From Clostridiales bacterium (GTDB taxonomy: Bacteria; Bacillota; Clostridia; Christensenellales; CAG-917): a stretch of DNA of 64,000 bases. The DNA is taken from positions 128,997 through 192,996 of the forward strand of contig CP091734.1 in the NCBI GenBank assembly GCA_022009995.1. The letters are read 5' to 3'. The notes beneath the pieces were generated by a model. That model did no database searches. It worked only from the letters and a program-made list of their open reading frames with translations, and had not been told where the DNA came from. A program made the translations under genes and the position numbers. Positions 43,006-52,261 of this stretch are shown here, piece by piece; within the stretch, counting starts at the first letter, position 1, and the number at the start of each line of letters is the position of its first letter.

Positions 43006-43692
43006 TCAACCCTCCTTATTCATAGTCGTTTTTACGATATATTCGCCTTGCGACAGTAGTTCCGCAAGATATTTTTCGGCATCGTCGGCGTTTTTGTTTT
43101 TGATTGCTTCAAAAATTTGTTCGTGCGTGTCATAGACGTATTCGCGGTCGTAGTTATTTTCGTAAAAATGAGTGACGAGCGCGACATAAATGTTTTCAAA
43201 AGACTTCAACAATATCGAATACACAAAGTTGTGCGACGCTTTCGCAAGCGTATGGTGAAACGCAACGTCAAATTTCACGCGTTGCGGTATGGTGCAATCC
43301 TTTTTTTCTTCGGCAATAATCTTCGCGATTTCCAGAAGGTCGTCGTCCGTGCGATGAATTGCCGCGGCTCGTACAGCCGCAAGTTCGACAGTGCGCCTGC
43401 CGTCTAACATATCCGCAACGTATCCGCCCGTCATAAGTCCGTTTTCAAAAAGACCTTGAAGCACTGCAAGCGTTCCTTCTTTTTTCCAGTCGGTCACTTC
43501 GATATGACGGCGCGGCACGGTCACGAGATAGCCCTTGTTTTGAAGTTCCACGATACCTGCGTTGACCACGCTTCTGCTGACGTTGAATTCCTCGGCAAGA
43601 ACACGAAGCGCGGGAAATTTTTCACCGCATTTCCACTCGCCTTTCAGAATCCTTCTTTCCATTTCGTTCACAAAATCGGACGTAAGGCTCAT
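43006..43692 (-). CDS. GntR family transcriptional regulator (FadR/FCD type).
   Basis: ...GEKFPALRVLAEEFNVSRSVVNAGIVELQNKGYLVTVPRRHIEV... followed by a helical FCD-like C-terminal domain. Confidence 0.85.
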   Translation of the reverse strand: MSLTSDFVNEMERRILKGEWKCGEKFPALRVLAEEFNVSRSVVNAGIVELQNKGYLVTVPRRHIEVTDWKKEGTLAVLQGLFENGLMTGGYVADMLDGRRTVELAAVRAAAIHRTDDDLLEIAKIIAEEKKDCTIPQRVKFDVAFHHTLAKASHNFVYSILLKSFENIYVALVTHFYENNYDREYVYDTHEQIFEAIKNKNADDAEKYLAELLSQGEYIVKTTMNKEG

Positions 43693-43802
43693 ACTTTCCC
43701 CTTTTTTGTGGTATTACCACGATATATTTCAATTATTAGACAAATATGGTGTTTTGTCAATTTTATTATTGAAAATCGCGTTGTCTCTTTATTTTATGAC
43801 CA

Positions 43803-43827
43803 CAAAAAAGACCGCATTGCTGCGGTC
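43803..43827 (-). terminator. Terminator after the MMPL transporter gene.
   Basis: GACCGCA-GCAA-TGCGGTC followed by TTTTTTGTG on the minus strand. Confidence 0.6.
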
Positions 43828-43847
43828 CGTAATAAGGTTGCATTTTG

Positions 43848-46266
43848 TTAATTCTTTTCGGAAGTCGTTTTTTCGTCTTCGGAAGGCTCCGTGGAATCGG
43901 GGCTTAGCGCAACTTCTTCGACGGCGGCTTTTTGTTTTCTTCTGAACAGTTTTGAAAAGTCGGTTTTATCGACGACTTTCTCTGTCACCAGAAGAAGCGA
44001 CGGCAGGACGAACAACACGATGATTATCGACGTCAGCGTGCCTACGCCCAGCAACAGCCCGAGTTGCGCCACCACACCCGACGACAGCATACTCATAACG
44101 AAGCCGGTTGCCGTAAGAATGACGCCCGACGTCAGAATTGTCGGGAACACGGCGTTTGTTGCGGCAGCCATTGCGTCGTAGCGGTCGGTAAAATCTTTCC
44201 TTATGCCGCGGTATCTGTTGGTAAGTACGATTGCATAGTCGATTGTCGCGCCCATCTGTATCGCGCTTATTATAAGGTAGCCGATGAACGAAATCGACGT
44301 CTTGGACAAGAACGGAATCGCAAAGTTGATGAAAATTCCGCCCTGAATCGCAAGAATAAGGATTATCGGAAGCGAAATATTCCTGAACGTTATAAGCAAT
44401 ATAACCAGAATGAACAAGTCGGTGAACAGACACACCATAAGGTTGTCTTTCATAAAATATTCGCTCATCTCATAGCACACGACGCTTTCGCCGGTGATAT
44501 ATCTTTCCTCGTAAAAGTCGGACACACCCGATTTCAAGGTTTTGACAAGTTCAAACACGTCGTCGTCTTCCACCCCGCCGTTGATGTTGAACGTGATGCG
44601 GGAATAGTTTTCGGATTCGAGATTTGCCTTTGCAAAGGAAATTTGCTTGACCTGTTCAAGATACGCAAGCTTTTCGGGATCGTCCCCTATAAACCTGGAA
44701 ATCGCGTCGAACTTTTCGCGGACGGCAAAATCCAACAAATCAATAAGTCTGACTTTGGCTTTGCTTGGTTTGGTACCTTCGGGCAGATATTTTTTGACGT
44801 AATCGTCAAACCAACCCTCGATTATAGGTTTGATAATCAACGGACTTACGCCCGCGTCGGACGGGATTTTGTCGATTAAGTCCCCGATATCCTTTTTCGA
44901 CACCTCGTCGGTAAGATACAGCGTTTCCGAAGAATCCGCGTCGATGAAAGAATACACGTTGATTGTCGCAAGAGCAGTCGTCTGCGATTTGTCGATAAGG
45001 TCGAAAGACTCCACGTATTTCACAAGTTGGCGTTCTTTCGGCGTCGCCTTTCGGCACAACCACGACAAGCGAGTTAAGCGTGCCGAAGCCCGTTTCTTCG
45101 ATGACCTTTTTCGGCGCGACGATAAGCGAGCCGCTGTTGTAGTTGAACGAATATTTGTTGAACCCCTGCGCGACTCCCGCAAGGATTGCGATAAGCAAAA
45201 ACGCCGGCACGATAACTTTCCTTGCTTTGACGATTGCACGCGCGGGCTTCGTAACGTTCGGCACGAAAGATTTATGACGGGTTTTTTGAATGGGTTTGTC
45301 GAAAATCACGAGAAGCGCGGGCATAAAGAATATGACCGTCGCCATCGAGATGACGATACCTTTTGCAAGCGACAATCCGATTTCCGCGCCGATTGACAGC
45401 GTCATCAGCATAAGCGCGGCAAGCCCCGCCACCGTCGTAAGGGAACTTGACAGAATTTCGGGCAGTCCTTTCGTAAGTGCGGTAACCGTTGCGGTTTTTG
45501 CGTCTTCGCCGTTATCCCTTTCTTCCATATAGCGGTGCAAAAGGATAATCGAGTAGTCAAGCGACAGCGCGAGTTGCAGCACGAGCGCGACCAGATTCGC
45601 AATGTAAGAAATACCGTTGACGAACAAGAAATTCGTCCCCATGTTTATCGCCATCGCCGCACCGAAAACGAGAATGAGCACAATCAGTTCAAAATAAGTT
45701 TTCGACGTAAACAGCATAACCAGAAGAATAATCACGACGATTGCGATTCCAAGCTTCATTATGCTTTGTTCGGTTTCAAGTTTTGTGTAGTATGAAAATG
45801 CAGATTGACCGGATAAATATGCTTTTTCGTCGGATAAAGCGTCGATTACGCCCTTTACCGCGTCAAACGCACCTTTCGTCGAGTCATAGTCTTTCAGCGT
45901 TACGGTATAGAGTGCCGAGTTGTTTTTGTAGTTCATACTCTCAACGTAAGTAACCGTTGCGACGCCCTCGACTTGTTCAAGTCTCGTCTTGATTTCGCCT
46001 GCTTTTTCGGGCGTAACGTCCTTTACCATAACGTATGCCATGCCCTTGTCGTCAAACTCTTTTTTCAGAAGTTCGAGAGCGGTTGACGAATCGCAATTCG
46101 CGGGCAGATAACCCGTCAGGTCATAGTTGATTTTCGTACGCGGAATCATCACCGCGCCGAATATCGACAGCGCGACGAACAGCACGAGAAACACCCATTT
46201 GAGTTTTACGATACCTTCGGGAATTTTTTTCAGACCGTGTGAAATCTTTGATAACTTCTTTTGCAT
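43848..46266 (-). CDS. MMPL/RND-superfamily membrane transporter (~805 aa). One frameshift near 45000.
   Basis: Two halves (ORFs 44806-46266 and 43848-45239), each with a periplasmic-type domain followed by a 5-6 TM bundle (...LALSLDYSIILLHRYMEE... / ...MGATIDYAIVLTNRYRG...). Confidence 0.8.
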
Positions 46267-46327
46267 CCTCTTTACCTACATAGAAATTACTTAATGTTAT
46301 TTTATATAAGATATGATAAAAAGGCAA

Positions 46328-46351
46328 CAAAAAACAGCCTTGCAAAGGCTG
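46328..46351. terminator. Terminator after the EFR1 ferredoxin gene.
   Basis: CAGCCTT-TGC-AAGGCTG with an A6 run upstream and T5 downstream. Confidence 0.55.
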
Positions 46352-46377
46352 CTTTTTCAAAATTATTTTCGGGATTT

Positions 46378-47118
46378 TCAGAATTTGACGCGCGGATTTA
46401 CGTAGCGGCCGTTTTTCAAAGACTTCTTAATCGAGATTGCGTTTTGTGGGCATCTTGACAAACAACCCAAACACATATCGCACTTTTCTTTTGTCCATAC
46501 GGGCTTTCCGTTTTCGATTTTTATTGCGGAAACCGGGCAAATGCTTTCGCAAAGTCCGCAATTTACGCAGTCGTCGGACACCGAAAATTTTGTTTTTCTT
46601 CCGCCGAATTTTTCGTAAAGCGGATACAAAAGCGCGGTGTTGAGTTTATAAAAACCACCTTTTACGTCGTTGAAGTCGCCCTTTTCCTCGTTCCTGATTT
46701 TGTCCGCGATAACGGCGATTTTTGCGTTTTGCGCGTCAAGTCGTTTTTCCGTTTCCTCGGCGGATTCGATTTTGAACATCGGGCAGAAATTATCGACCGC
46801 GACAACGCCGAACACCGCGTCGGGACGCACGTATCTTTCGCACACGCCCTGCGCGTTCCCGGTGCTTCCGCCACATTCGAGAACTATCGCGAAATATCTT
46901 CCCGCGGTTTTCAGGGTTTTCAGAAATCCTTTCACCGATTCGGGAATACCCCAGTAGTACACGGGACTGACAAGGACAAGTCGTTCCCCGTCCGACAGCA
47001 AAAATTTCTCGTTATCGCGGGTATACGCCACGATATTTTTCGTTTCGTCGCCCGTTACGTTTGCGATTTTTTCGGCAATATATTTCGCATTGCCCGTACC
47101 CGTAAAATATAAAATCAT
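46378..47118 (-). CDS. EFR1-family protein: flavodoxin-like domain plus a 2x[4Fe-4S] ferredoxin domain.
   Basis: GGAAGGTG RBS plus ATG 47118: MILYFTGTGNAKYIAEKIA...; C-terminal CVNCGLCESICP...CDMCLGCLSRCP. Confidence 0.75.
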   Translation of the reverse strand: MILYFTGTGNAKYIAEKIANVTGDETKNIVAYTRDNEKFLLSDGERLVLVSPVYYWGIPESVKGFLKTLKTAGRYFAIVLECGGSTGNAQGVCERYVRPDAVFGVVAVDNFCPMFKIESAEETEKRLDAQNAKIAVIADKIRNEEKGDFNDVKGGFYKLNTALLYPLYEKFGGRKTKFSVSDDCVNCGLCESICPVSAIKIENGKPVWTKEKCDMCLGCLSRCPQNAISIKKSLKNGRYVNPRVKF

Positions 47119-47206
47119 TTTTCTCACCTTCCGTTTGGAAATATTATATCCCGCTTTTTGCGATAAATCAATACCGCACGCGCATTTTTTGTTGTATAAT
47201 CCAAGT

Positions 47207-47679
47207 ATGATTTACAAGGGATTTCTGCCGTTCTTCGACGAAAACAGCGAAATATTGATTCTCGGAAGTTTTCCGAGCGTTATCTCGCGCGAAACGAACT
47301 TTTATTACGGCAACAAACAAAACAGATTCTGGAAAATTCTATCGGAAGCCTTTGGCGAACCCGCGCCCGAAACGATAGGCGAAAGCAAGCCCTGCTTAAA
47401 AACCACAAAATCGCCCTTTGGGACGTCGTTGCCGAGTGCGAAATAACGGGCAGCCTTGACAGCACGATTAAAAATTATAAGGTAGCGGACTTACTACAAG
47501 TCCTTGATAAGGCAAACGTCAAAAAAATTATCTTAAACGGCGGAAAGGCAAAGGAAATATTCCTGAAAAATTACAAATATCTTTCGGATTCCGCCCTGTT
47601 TTTGCCGTCCACAAGCCCCTTAAACACCCGCTTTGACAAAACAATCTGGCTGAACGCATTAAAAACCGAAAAGGATTAA
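47207..47679 (+). CDS. Uracil-DNA glycosylase superfamily protein (DNA-deoxyinosine glycosylase-like). One frameshift near 47385.
   Basis: MIYKGFLPFFDENSEILILGSFPSVISRETNFYYGNKQNRFWKIL... joins ...ALWDVVAECEITGSLDSTIKN...LPSTSPLNTRF. Confidence 0.7.
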
Positions 47680-47683
47680 AACT

Positions 47684-47917
47684 ATGAAACTGAACGAAGC
47701 GGTCGCCGCGCGTATTCTTGAATACTGCAACAACCGAAACATCACCGTCAATAAACTTTGCACGATGTCCGGCGTGATTCAGTCCACCGTCAACAGCATT
47801 TTCTCGGGAAGAAGTCAAAATCCGAAACTGCAAACCATCGCGTATCTTTGCGAAGGATTGTCAATTTCTCTTTCAGAGTTTTTTGACAGCCCCTTGTTTT
47901 CAAATCTCGACGATTAA
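47684..47917 (+). CDS. XRE-family helix-turn-helix transcriptional regulator (77 aa).
   Basis: MKLNEAVAARILEYCNNRNITVNKLCTMSGVIQSTVNSIFSGRSQNPKLQTIAYLCEGLSISLSEFF. Confidence 0.8.
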   Translation: MKLNEAVAARILEYCNNRNITVNKLCTMSGVIQSTVNSIFSGRSQNPKLQTIAYLCEGLSISLSEFFDSPLFSNLDD

Positions 47918-47974
47918 TTGCATTTTATTGACTTTCCCGCCGCCTTGGGACTATAATTTTCCCGAGGTGATTTT

Positions 47975-48397
47975 ATGAATATCGACGATTTCAAAAAAGC
48001 AAAAATCGAAGCAATGAAGGCGCACGACAAAGATACCGTCACGGCTTTTAACGCGCTCATAAACAAACTTATGCTCTTCAATATCGAAAAACGTAGCAAA
48101 GGCGAGGAAATGTCCGACGCCGACTACGTCCAGATCCTGAAAAAAACGCAAAAGGAACTCTTTGAAGAAAAGGACGCCTTTGAAAAGGCTGGCAGAGCCG
48201 ACACCGTGCTGTCTTTGAACAACCAGATCGCGGCAATCGAAAAGTATCTGCCCAAAATGATGAGCGAGGACGAAATCAGAGCCGTCATTATGACCTTGCC
48301 CGACAAATCGGTGCCAAGCGTAATGCGCCACTTCAAGACGGAATACGCCGGCAAATGCGATATGGCGGAAGTCAACAAAGTCCTGAGAAGTTTATAA
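47975..48397 (+). CDS. yqeY: GatB/YqeY domain protein.
   Basis: MNIDDFKKAKIEAMKAHDKDTVTAFNALINKL...EIAAIEKYLPKMMSEDEIRAVI... Confidence 0.85.
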   Translation: MNIDDFKKAKIEAMKAHDKDTVTAFNALINKLMLFNIEKRSKGEEMSDADYVQILKKTQKELFEEKDAFEKAGRADTVLSLNNQIAAIEKYLPKMMSEDEIRAVIMTLPDKSVPSVMRHFKTEYAGKCDMAEVNKVLRSL

Positions 48398-48413
48398 TTT
48401 CACGCGCCCACAA

Positions 48414-48442
48414 AAAACGACCGTTCCCACGGTCGTTTTTTA
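48414..48442 (+). terminator. Rho-independent terminator after yqeY.
   Basis: AAAACGACCG-TTCCCA-CGGTCGTTTT followed by TTAATG. Confidence 0.65.
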
Positions 48443-48452
48443 ATGTAAATTC

Positions 48453-48635
48453 GTGCCCTTCCGGGAGATTCTCACGTCGCTTTGCTCCTCAGAATGACAG
48501 AGTACTTCGTACGGAATAGAATAAAAGAATGTTTGTTAAGAAAAATAGCAAAATTACGAAATAGCCTTTTTTCTTCCGTGCAACGCACTTTATGTCATTG
48601 CGAGCGCAGCGTGGCAATCTCCCGGAAGGGACACC
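48453..48635. repeat. REP/MITE-like element: imperfect ~45-nt inverted repeats flanking a ~95-nt AT-rich core.
   Basis: GTGCCCTTCCGGGAGATTCTCACG...AATGACA (48453-48499) against TGTCATTGCGAGCGCAGCGTGGCAATCTCCCGGAAGGGACACC (48593-48635). The TGTCATTGCGAGCG and GGTGTCCCTTCC modules recur at 52265-52382. Confidence 0.5.
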
Positions 48636-48686
48636 TTATAAAAGCGATGATGCGATGTTGTTGCCCTTTGACAAACCTGATATTGA

Positions 48687-48714
48687 TTGAAAAAGCCAAA
48701 TTATATGCTATAAT
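48687..48714 (+). promoter_or_regulatory. Strong sigma-A promoter (extended -10) for the cassette array.
   Basis: TTGAAA (48687-48692), 16 nt, TGcTATAAT (48706-48714). Confidence 0.5.
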
Positions 48715-48717
48715 ATA

Positions 48718-48766
48718 CGTACAACGACCACAAACTTATATCGTTCATACCGTTTGCAACTTTACA
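48718..48766 (+). repeat. Cassette-junction repeat, diverged copy A (in the 5' UTR of the first cassette).
   Basis: It shares the blocks ACAAACTTATATCGT and ACCGTTTGCAAC with copies B and C (~75% identity over ~50 nt). Confidence 0.5.
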
Positions 48767-48791
48767 ATCGGGAGTCAATATTGAAGTAAAG

Positions 48792-49442
48792 ATGAAAAGC
48801 AAAAGACAGCAAAAACTATACGACCATTATAAAACCGTTTTCGGGGAAGAGCCGATTTTCAGTCTGAAACTTAAAAAGAACGTCCTGCCGACGGATATGA
48901 AGCCGATAACGACGCTTGTTTTCAAACCGACGGACGAAATGCCGTTTTGGAAACTGTGTACAATCGGCGCAAGCGATTATCTGATGCCCGAGCGTGATAT
49001 AGGCTTTGGAAGGAAGGCGAATCGCCGCAATGAGTATATGATGTTTATTTCGCCCGACGTCGATATTCGTAATCCTTCGGACGACGAAGACGCGCCGACG
49101 GACTGGCTATCGTTAAACTCGCTTCTTTGGGCAACTGCGGAATATGCGTTCAACGAAAAAGATAACATAACCGTTTCGGACACGCTCGATATGGGAATCG
49201 ACGGGAAATACTGCGGCACGGTACTTTTATTGCCAGAAATATTAAAATCGCCGAGTACAGTTAAGTGCTATGTTTCCGAGCATAAATACATCAGTATATT
49301 TCAGGTAATGCCGATAACGAGAGAGTTGCTTACAAAGAAACTCCGGAAGAAAGTGGGCGGCATTTATTGGCTTATGGAACAGTTTTACACGCACGACGAC
49401 GATTACAAACTTATATCGTCCAAACCGTTTGCAACGTTATAA
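48792..49442 (+). CDS. SUFU-like (suppressor of fused domain) protein, a family used as polymorphic-toxin immunity proteins.
   Basis: 216 aa. ...MPFWKLCTIGASDYLMPE...RRNEYMMFISPD...DWLSLNSLLWATAEYAF... follows the bacterial SUFU-domain pattern as I recall it. No search was run. Confidence 0.55.
   Translation: MKSKRQQKLYDHYKTVFGEEPIFSLKLKKNVLPTDMKPITTLVFKPTDEMPFWKLCTIGASDYLMPERDIGFGRKANRRNEYMMFISPDVDIRNPSDDEDAPTDWLSLNSLLWATAEYAFNEKDNITVSDTLDMGIDGKYCGTVLLLPEILKSPSTVKCYVSEHKYISIFQVMPITRELLTKKLRKKVGGIYWLMEQFYTHDDDYKLISSKPFATL
49381..49442 (+). repeat. Cassette-junction repeat, copy B (the last 62 nt of the SUFU-like ORF including its stop).
   Basis: CAGTTTTACACGCACGACGACGATTACAAACTTATATCGTCCAAACCGTTTGCAACGTTATA. 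It is 61/62 identical to 49954-50015. Confidence 0.8.
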
Positions 49443-49468
49443 AACTCAATGGAGCGCGAGGGCGTAAT

Positions 49469-49951
49469 ATGTCAAACACTATTTCAATAGATGAACTGAT
49501 AGAACAAGAATATGAGCAACAATATTTTGAAGAGTGCAAATTTATATGGCAAAACTTTGTTCCCAAAAGTGGACAAGCCCGAAATTTGCAAGGAGAATTG
49601 TTGCGAGAAATCGAGAATATTCGTTGTGAGGCACAAGATAACGGAAATGTTAATTGGGACGACGATCTTACTTATTTTTGTGAATTTATAAAGCAATCAT
49701 TGATTGAACAACCGATTTTTTCTGAACCCGAAAAAGAAAAAATATGTGTCATAATGAATTATCTCAAAGAATGCGGAGTATACGCTCAAAGATTCAACGA
49801 TGGTAAAATTTCTGATAACGATGTTCTTCCTGAAAAACTTGCGTATACAAAAGACAACCTTTACGATATTATTTGCGATTTTATAGGTAGATTACAAAAT
49901 AAGCACCCTGAACCTATTAAATACAGCATAAATAATTCAATAAAGAGATAA
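49469..49951 (+). CDS. Hypothetical cytoplasmic protein (160 aa), immunity-like cassette 2.
   Basis: GAGGG RBS plus ATG 49469: MSNTISIDELIEQEYEQQYFEECKFIWQNFVPKSGQARNLQGELLREIENIRCEAQDNGNVNWDDD... No signal peptide or TM. Family not recognised. Confidence 0.5.
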   Translation: MSNTISIDELIEQEYEQQYFEECKFIWQNFVPKSGQARNLQGELLREIENIRCEAQDNGNVNWDDDLTYFCEFIKQSLIEQPIFSEPEKEKICVIMNYLKECGVYAQRFNDGKISDNDVLPEKLAYTKDNLYDIICDFIGRLQNKHPEPIKYSINNSIKR

Positions 49952-49953
49952 TA

Positions 49954-50015
49954 CAGTTTTACACGCACGACGACGATTACAAACTTATATCGTCCAAACT
50001 GTTTGCAACGTTATA
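49954..50015 (+). repeat. Cassette-junction repeat, copy C (non-coding, fills the gap between cassettes 2 and 3).
   Basis: It differs from copy B by one C>T change. It begins 3 nt after the cassette-2 stop and ends 16 nt before ATG 50032. Confidence 0.8.
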
Positions 50016-50031
50016 GACGTAGGAGTATAAT

Positions 50032-50648
50032 ATGGAAAAACCGACCGAAGAATATTTACAGGAACTGATATCAAACGCACGAAAAAAATTCGATGAGTTT
50101 TCATATTGTTTTGCGGATATTCCAAACGCAAAAATAACATATGTGAACACACAAAAGAGAAACCTGACGGGGATGACAAAAGGGCTTCGCGGGCTTGCAG
50201 AAATGAAAGCGCATAATACAAAAGAATCATTGAAAATCAGTCCGAACTCCAAAAATTACAATAAGTTTTATAGGTCGGGCGAAAAAGTGATAAAAGTCGA
50301 GTGTTTCGTAGGCGGGCATAACGATTTGGACGTGATATACGTCGCGCAATACGACGGTGAACGACGCTATCTTTTCCCTTTTTTTGAGGATAAGAGCAAA
50401 CCGTCGGATATCCGATTCTCGTGACGAATTTTGAAAACGGCAAAGTCACCGAAGAATACAGAGTGGACGGAAATAAGATTCTTTATGAAAAGTATGATTA
50501 TTCCTTAAAAGACACGGTCGGATATTATTGCATAAACTTTGTTCCGACGGGAATTTGTCCGGTTTTGGGCGAAGAAGAAGGATATTTTAACATAAATTCG
50601 CTTGAATACAGACAGACGAAAAACGAAGTCTGGTGTCAAAAACAATAA
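50032..50648 (+). CDS. Hypothetical protein (~205 aa), cassette 3. One frameshift near 50400.
   Basis: MEKPTEEYLQELISNARKKFDEF...FFEDKSK joins TVGYPILVTNFENGKVTEEYRVDGNKILYEKYDY... (ORF 50421-50648 frame, open upstream). Confidence 0.45.
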
Positions 50649-50658
50649 AGGTGAAACT

Positions 50659-52254
50659 ATGGAAAATGTTTACGAGAAAATTCAAAAGTATAAGAAACTG
50701 GCGGTGAAAAAACCGAAGTATTATGTTTCTATCGGTAATATTTATATCGAAGAGGGCGCTTTCAAGGCCGCAACGATTTACTATCAAAAAGCCGTCGACA
50801 ACGGCGTTTTGGCATATACTGTTCTTGGCGACACTTGGGGCTACCGCTCTCAATACAAAAAAGCGTTCGACGTTTATACGGAGGGCGCAAACAAAGGCGA
50901 AGCGGAGTGTTTTGCCCGTCTTGGATTTTGCTATGAAAACGGTTATGTAAAAAAAATCGATATTCAAAAAGCAATCGAGTGTTACGCCAAAGCCTCCGAT
51001 TTGGGTGTGGCGGCAGCGGCAAGATCTCTCGGCGATTTGTATTATTTCAATACGCCGATTGAAGATTCCGAGATCGAAAACGTTAAAAATGCGTTGAAAT
51101 ATTACGAGCGTGCTTTTTACCTCGGAGATATAGAGGTTGCAAAAAAGATAGGCTTTATCTACTTAAACAATGAAGAACTGAAAGACGTTCCCAAAGCCAT
51201 AGAGTGGTACGAAAAGGGATTGAGTCTTGGCGATCACTCTCTCAACTTTGATTTGGCTTACGTTTATCTCAACGACAGGTTTGTTCCGCACGACTATGAA
51301 AAAGGTTTGAAATATCTTTTGGACGGCGTTCACCACAACGATCCCGAAAGCCTTTATATGTACGCAAGAGTTCGCGAAACGGGTATGTATAAGGTAGAAC
51401 CCGACAAAAAGGCATATATTCATTATCTCAAAAAGGCGGCGAACCTTTGTCAGGACGACGCATTGCTTGATTTGGGGTATTACTATTACAAAAAAGGCAA
51501 GTATGACGACACGCTCGATTGTTTTGCACTGTGCGATTTGGATTATGTCGGCGTTTATTGGTGTATGGCGACGATTTACGAAACCAAAAAAGCCGATTAC
51601 AAAAATGCGCTGTTTTATTATCAGATGGCAATGGAAATGGACTTTCCGGACGCAATCGAACGAATGGCGGAAGCGTATCTCGGCGACGAACTTGGACTTG
51701 AAAAGGACGAGAAAACCGCCCTTAAACTTTTCAAACGAGCCGCGAAACTCGGCAACGCCGCCGCACAATATAATCTCGGTATGGCGTATGCTTGCGGATA
51801 TTACGGCGTAACACCCGATAAAGATAAGGCACTTCATTGGCTGAAACAGAGCGTTAAAGGCGAAAATCCGTCGGCGTGCCTGCAAGTGGGGCTTTATTAC
51901 TACTACACCGTCAAAACCGAAGCGGCTTATAAAAAAGCCTTTGAATTATTTACCGACGCATACAATCTCGGCGAGAACGAAGCGATTATCAATATCGGAC
52001 TTTGCTATCTTCAAGGCAACGGCGTGAAAGAAGACAAAAAAGAAGCGGTAAAATGCTTTAAGACAGCCGCCGAAAAGTACAGTTCGGGCGTTGCGTATCA
52101 CAATCTCGGAATCTGCTATGAAAACGGATTTGGTGTGAGAAAAGACTATAAGAAAGCAATTGAAATGTACGGCAAAGCGGTAGAGAACGGCGAAAAAGCA
52201 GGACTTGAAGGAATTAAAAACGTTTATTTGAAAATGGGTAAAGATAAAAATTAA
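50659..52254 (+). CDS. Sel1-repeat (SLR/TPR-like) protein, 531 aa. Intact.
   Basis: About 12 repeats of the type A.KWY.KAA..G...A...LG..Y..G.GV..D..KA (for example KALHWLKQSVKGENPSACLQVGLYYYY; AVKCFKTAAEKYSSGVAYHNLGICYENGFGVRKDYKKAIEMYGKA). Confidence 0.85.
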   Translation: MENVYEKIQKYKKLAVKKPKYYVSIGNIYIEEGAFKAATIYYQKAVDNGVLAYTVLGDTWGYRSQYKKAFDVYTEGANKGEAECFARLGFCYENGYVKKIDIQKAIECYAKASDLGVAAAARSLGDLYYFNTPIEDSEIENVKNALKYYERAFYLGDIEVAKKIGFIYLNNEELKDVPKAIEWYEKGLSLGDHSLNFDLAYVYLNDRFVPHDYEKGLKYLLDGVHHNDPESLYMYARVRETGMYKVEPDKKAYIHYLKKAANLCQDDALLDLGYYYYKKGKYDDTLDCFALCDLDYVGVYWCMATIYETKKADYKNALFYYQMAMEMDFPDAIERMAEAYLGDELGLEKDEKTALKLFKRAAKLGNAAAQYNLGMAYACGYYGVTPDKDKALHWLKQSVKGENPSACLQVGLYYYYTVKTEAAYKKAFELFTDAYNLGENEAIINIGLCYLQGNGVKEDKKEAVKCFKTAAEKYSSGVAYHNLGICYENGFGVRKDYKKAIEMYGKAVENGEKAGLEGIKNVYLKMGKDKN

Positions 52255-52261
52255 GCTATGT

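Noticed and set aside
48482-48784. 100-aa ORF (…LCHCERSVAISRKGHL…) and the small ORFs 52296-52661, 52552-52776 and 52556-52771.
   Set aside because: They are translations of the REP-like repeats. The same peptide-like strings recur wherever the repeat occurs, there is no RBS, and the structure-preserving substitutions point to a non-coding role.
48718-50015. Considered whether the cassette-junction repeats are integron attC sites.
   Set aside because: There is no RYYYAAC ... GTTRRRY inverse-core/core pair at the repeat ends and no intI or attI nearby. One copy is the coding 3' end of a gene. Similar recombination-at-junction logic is possible, but this is not a classical integron.
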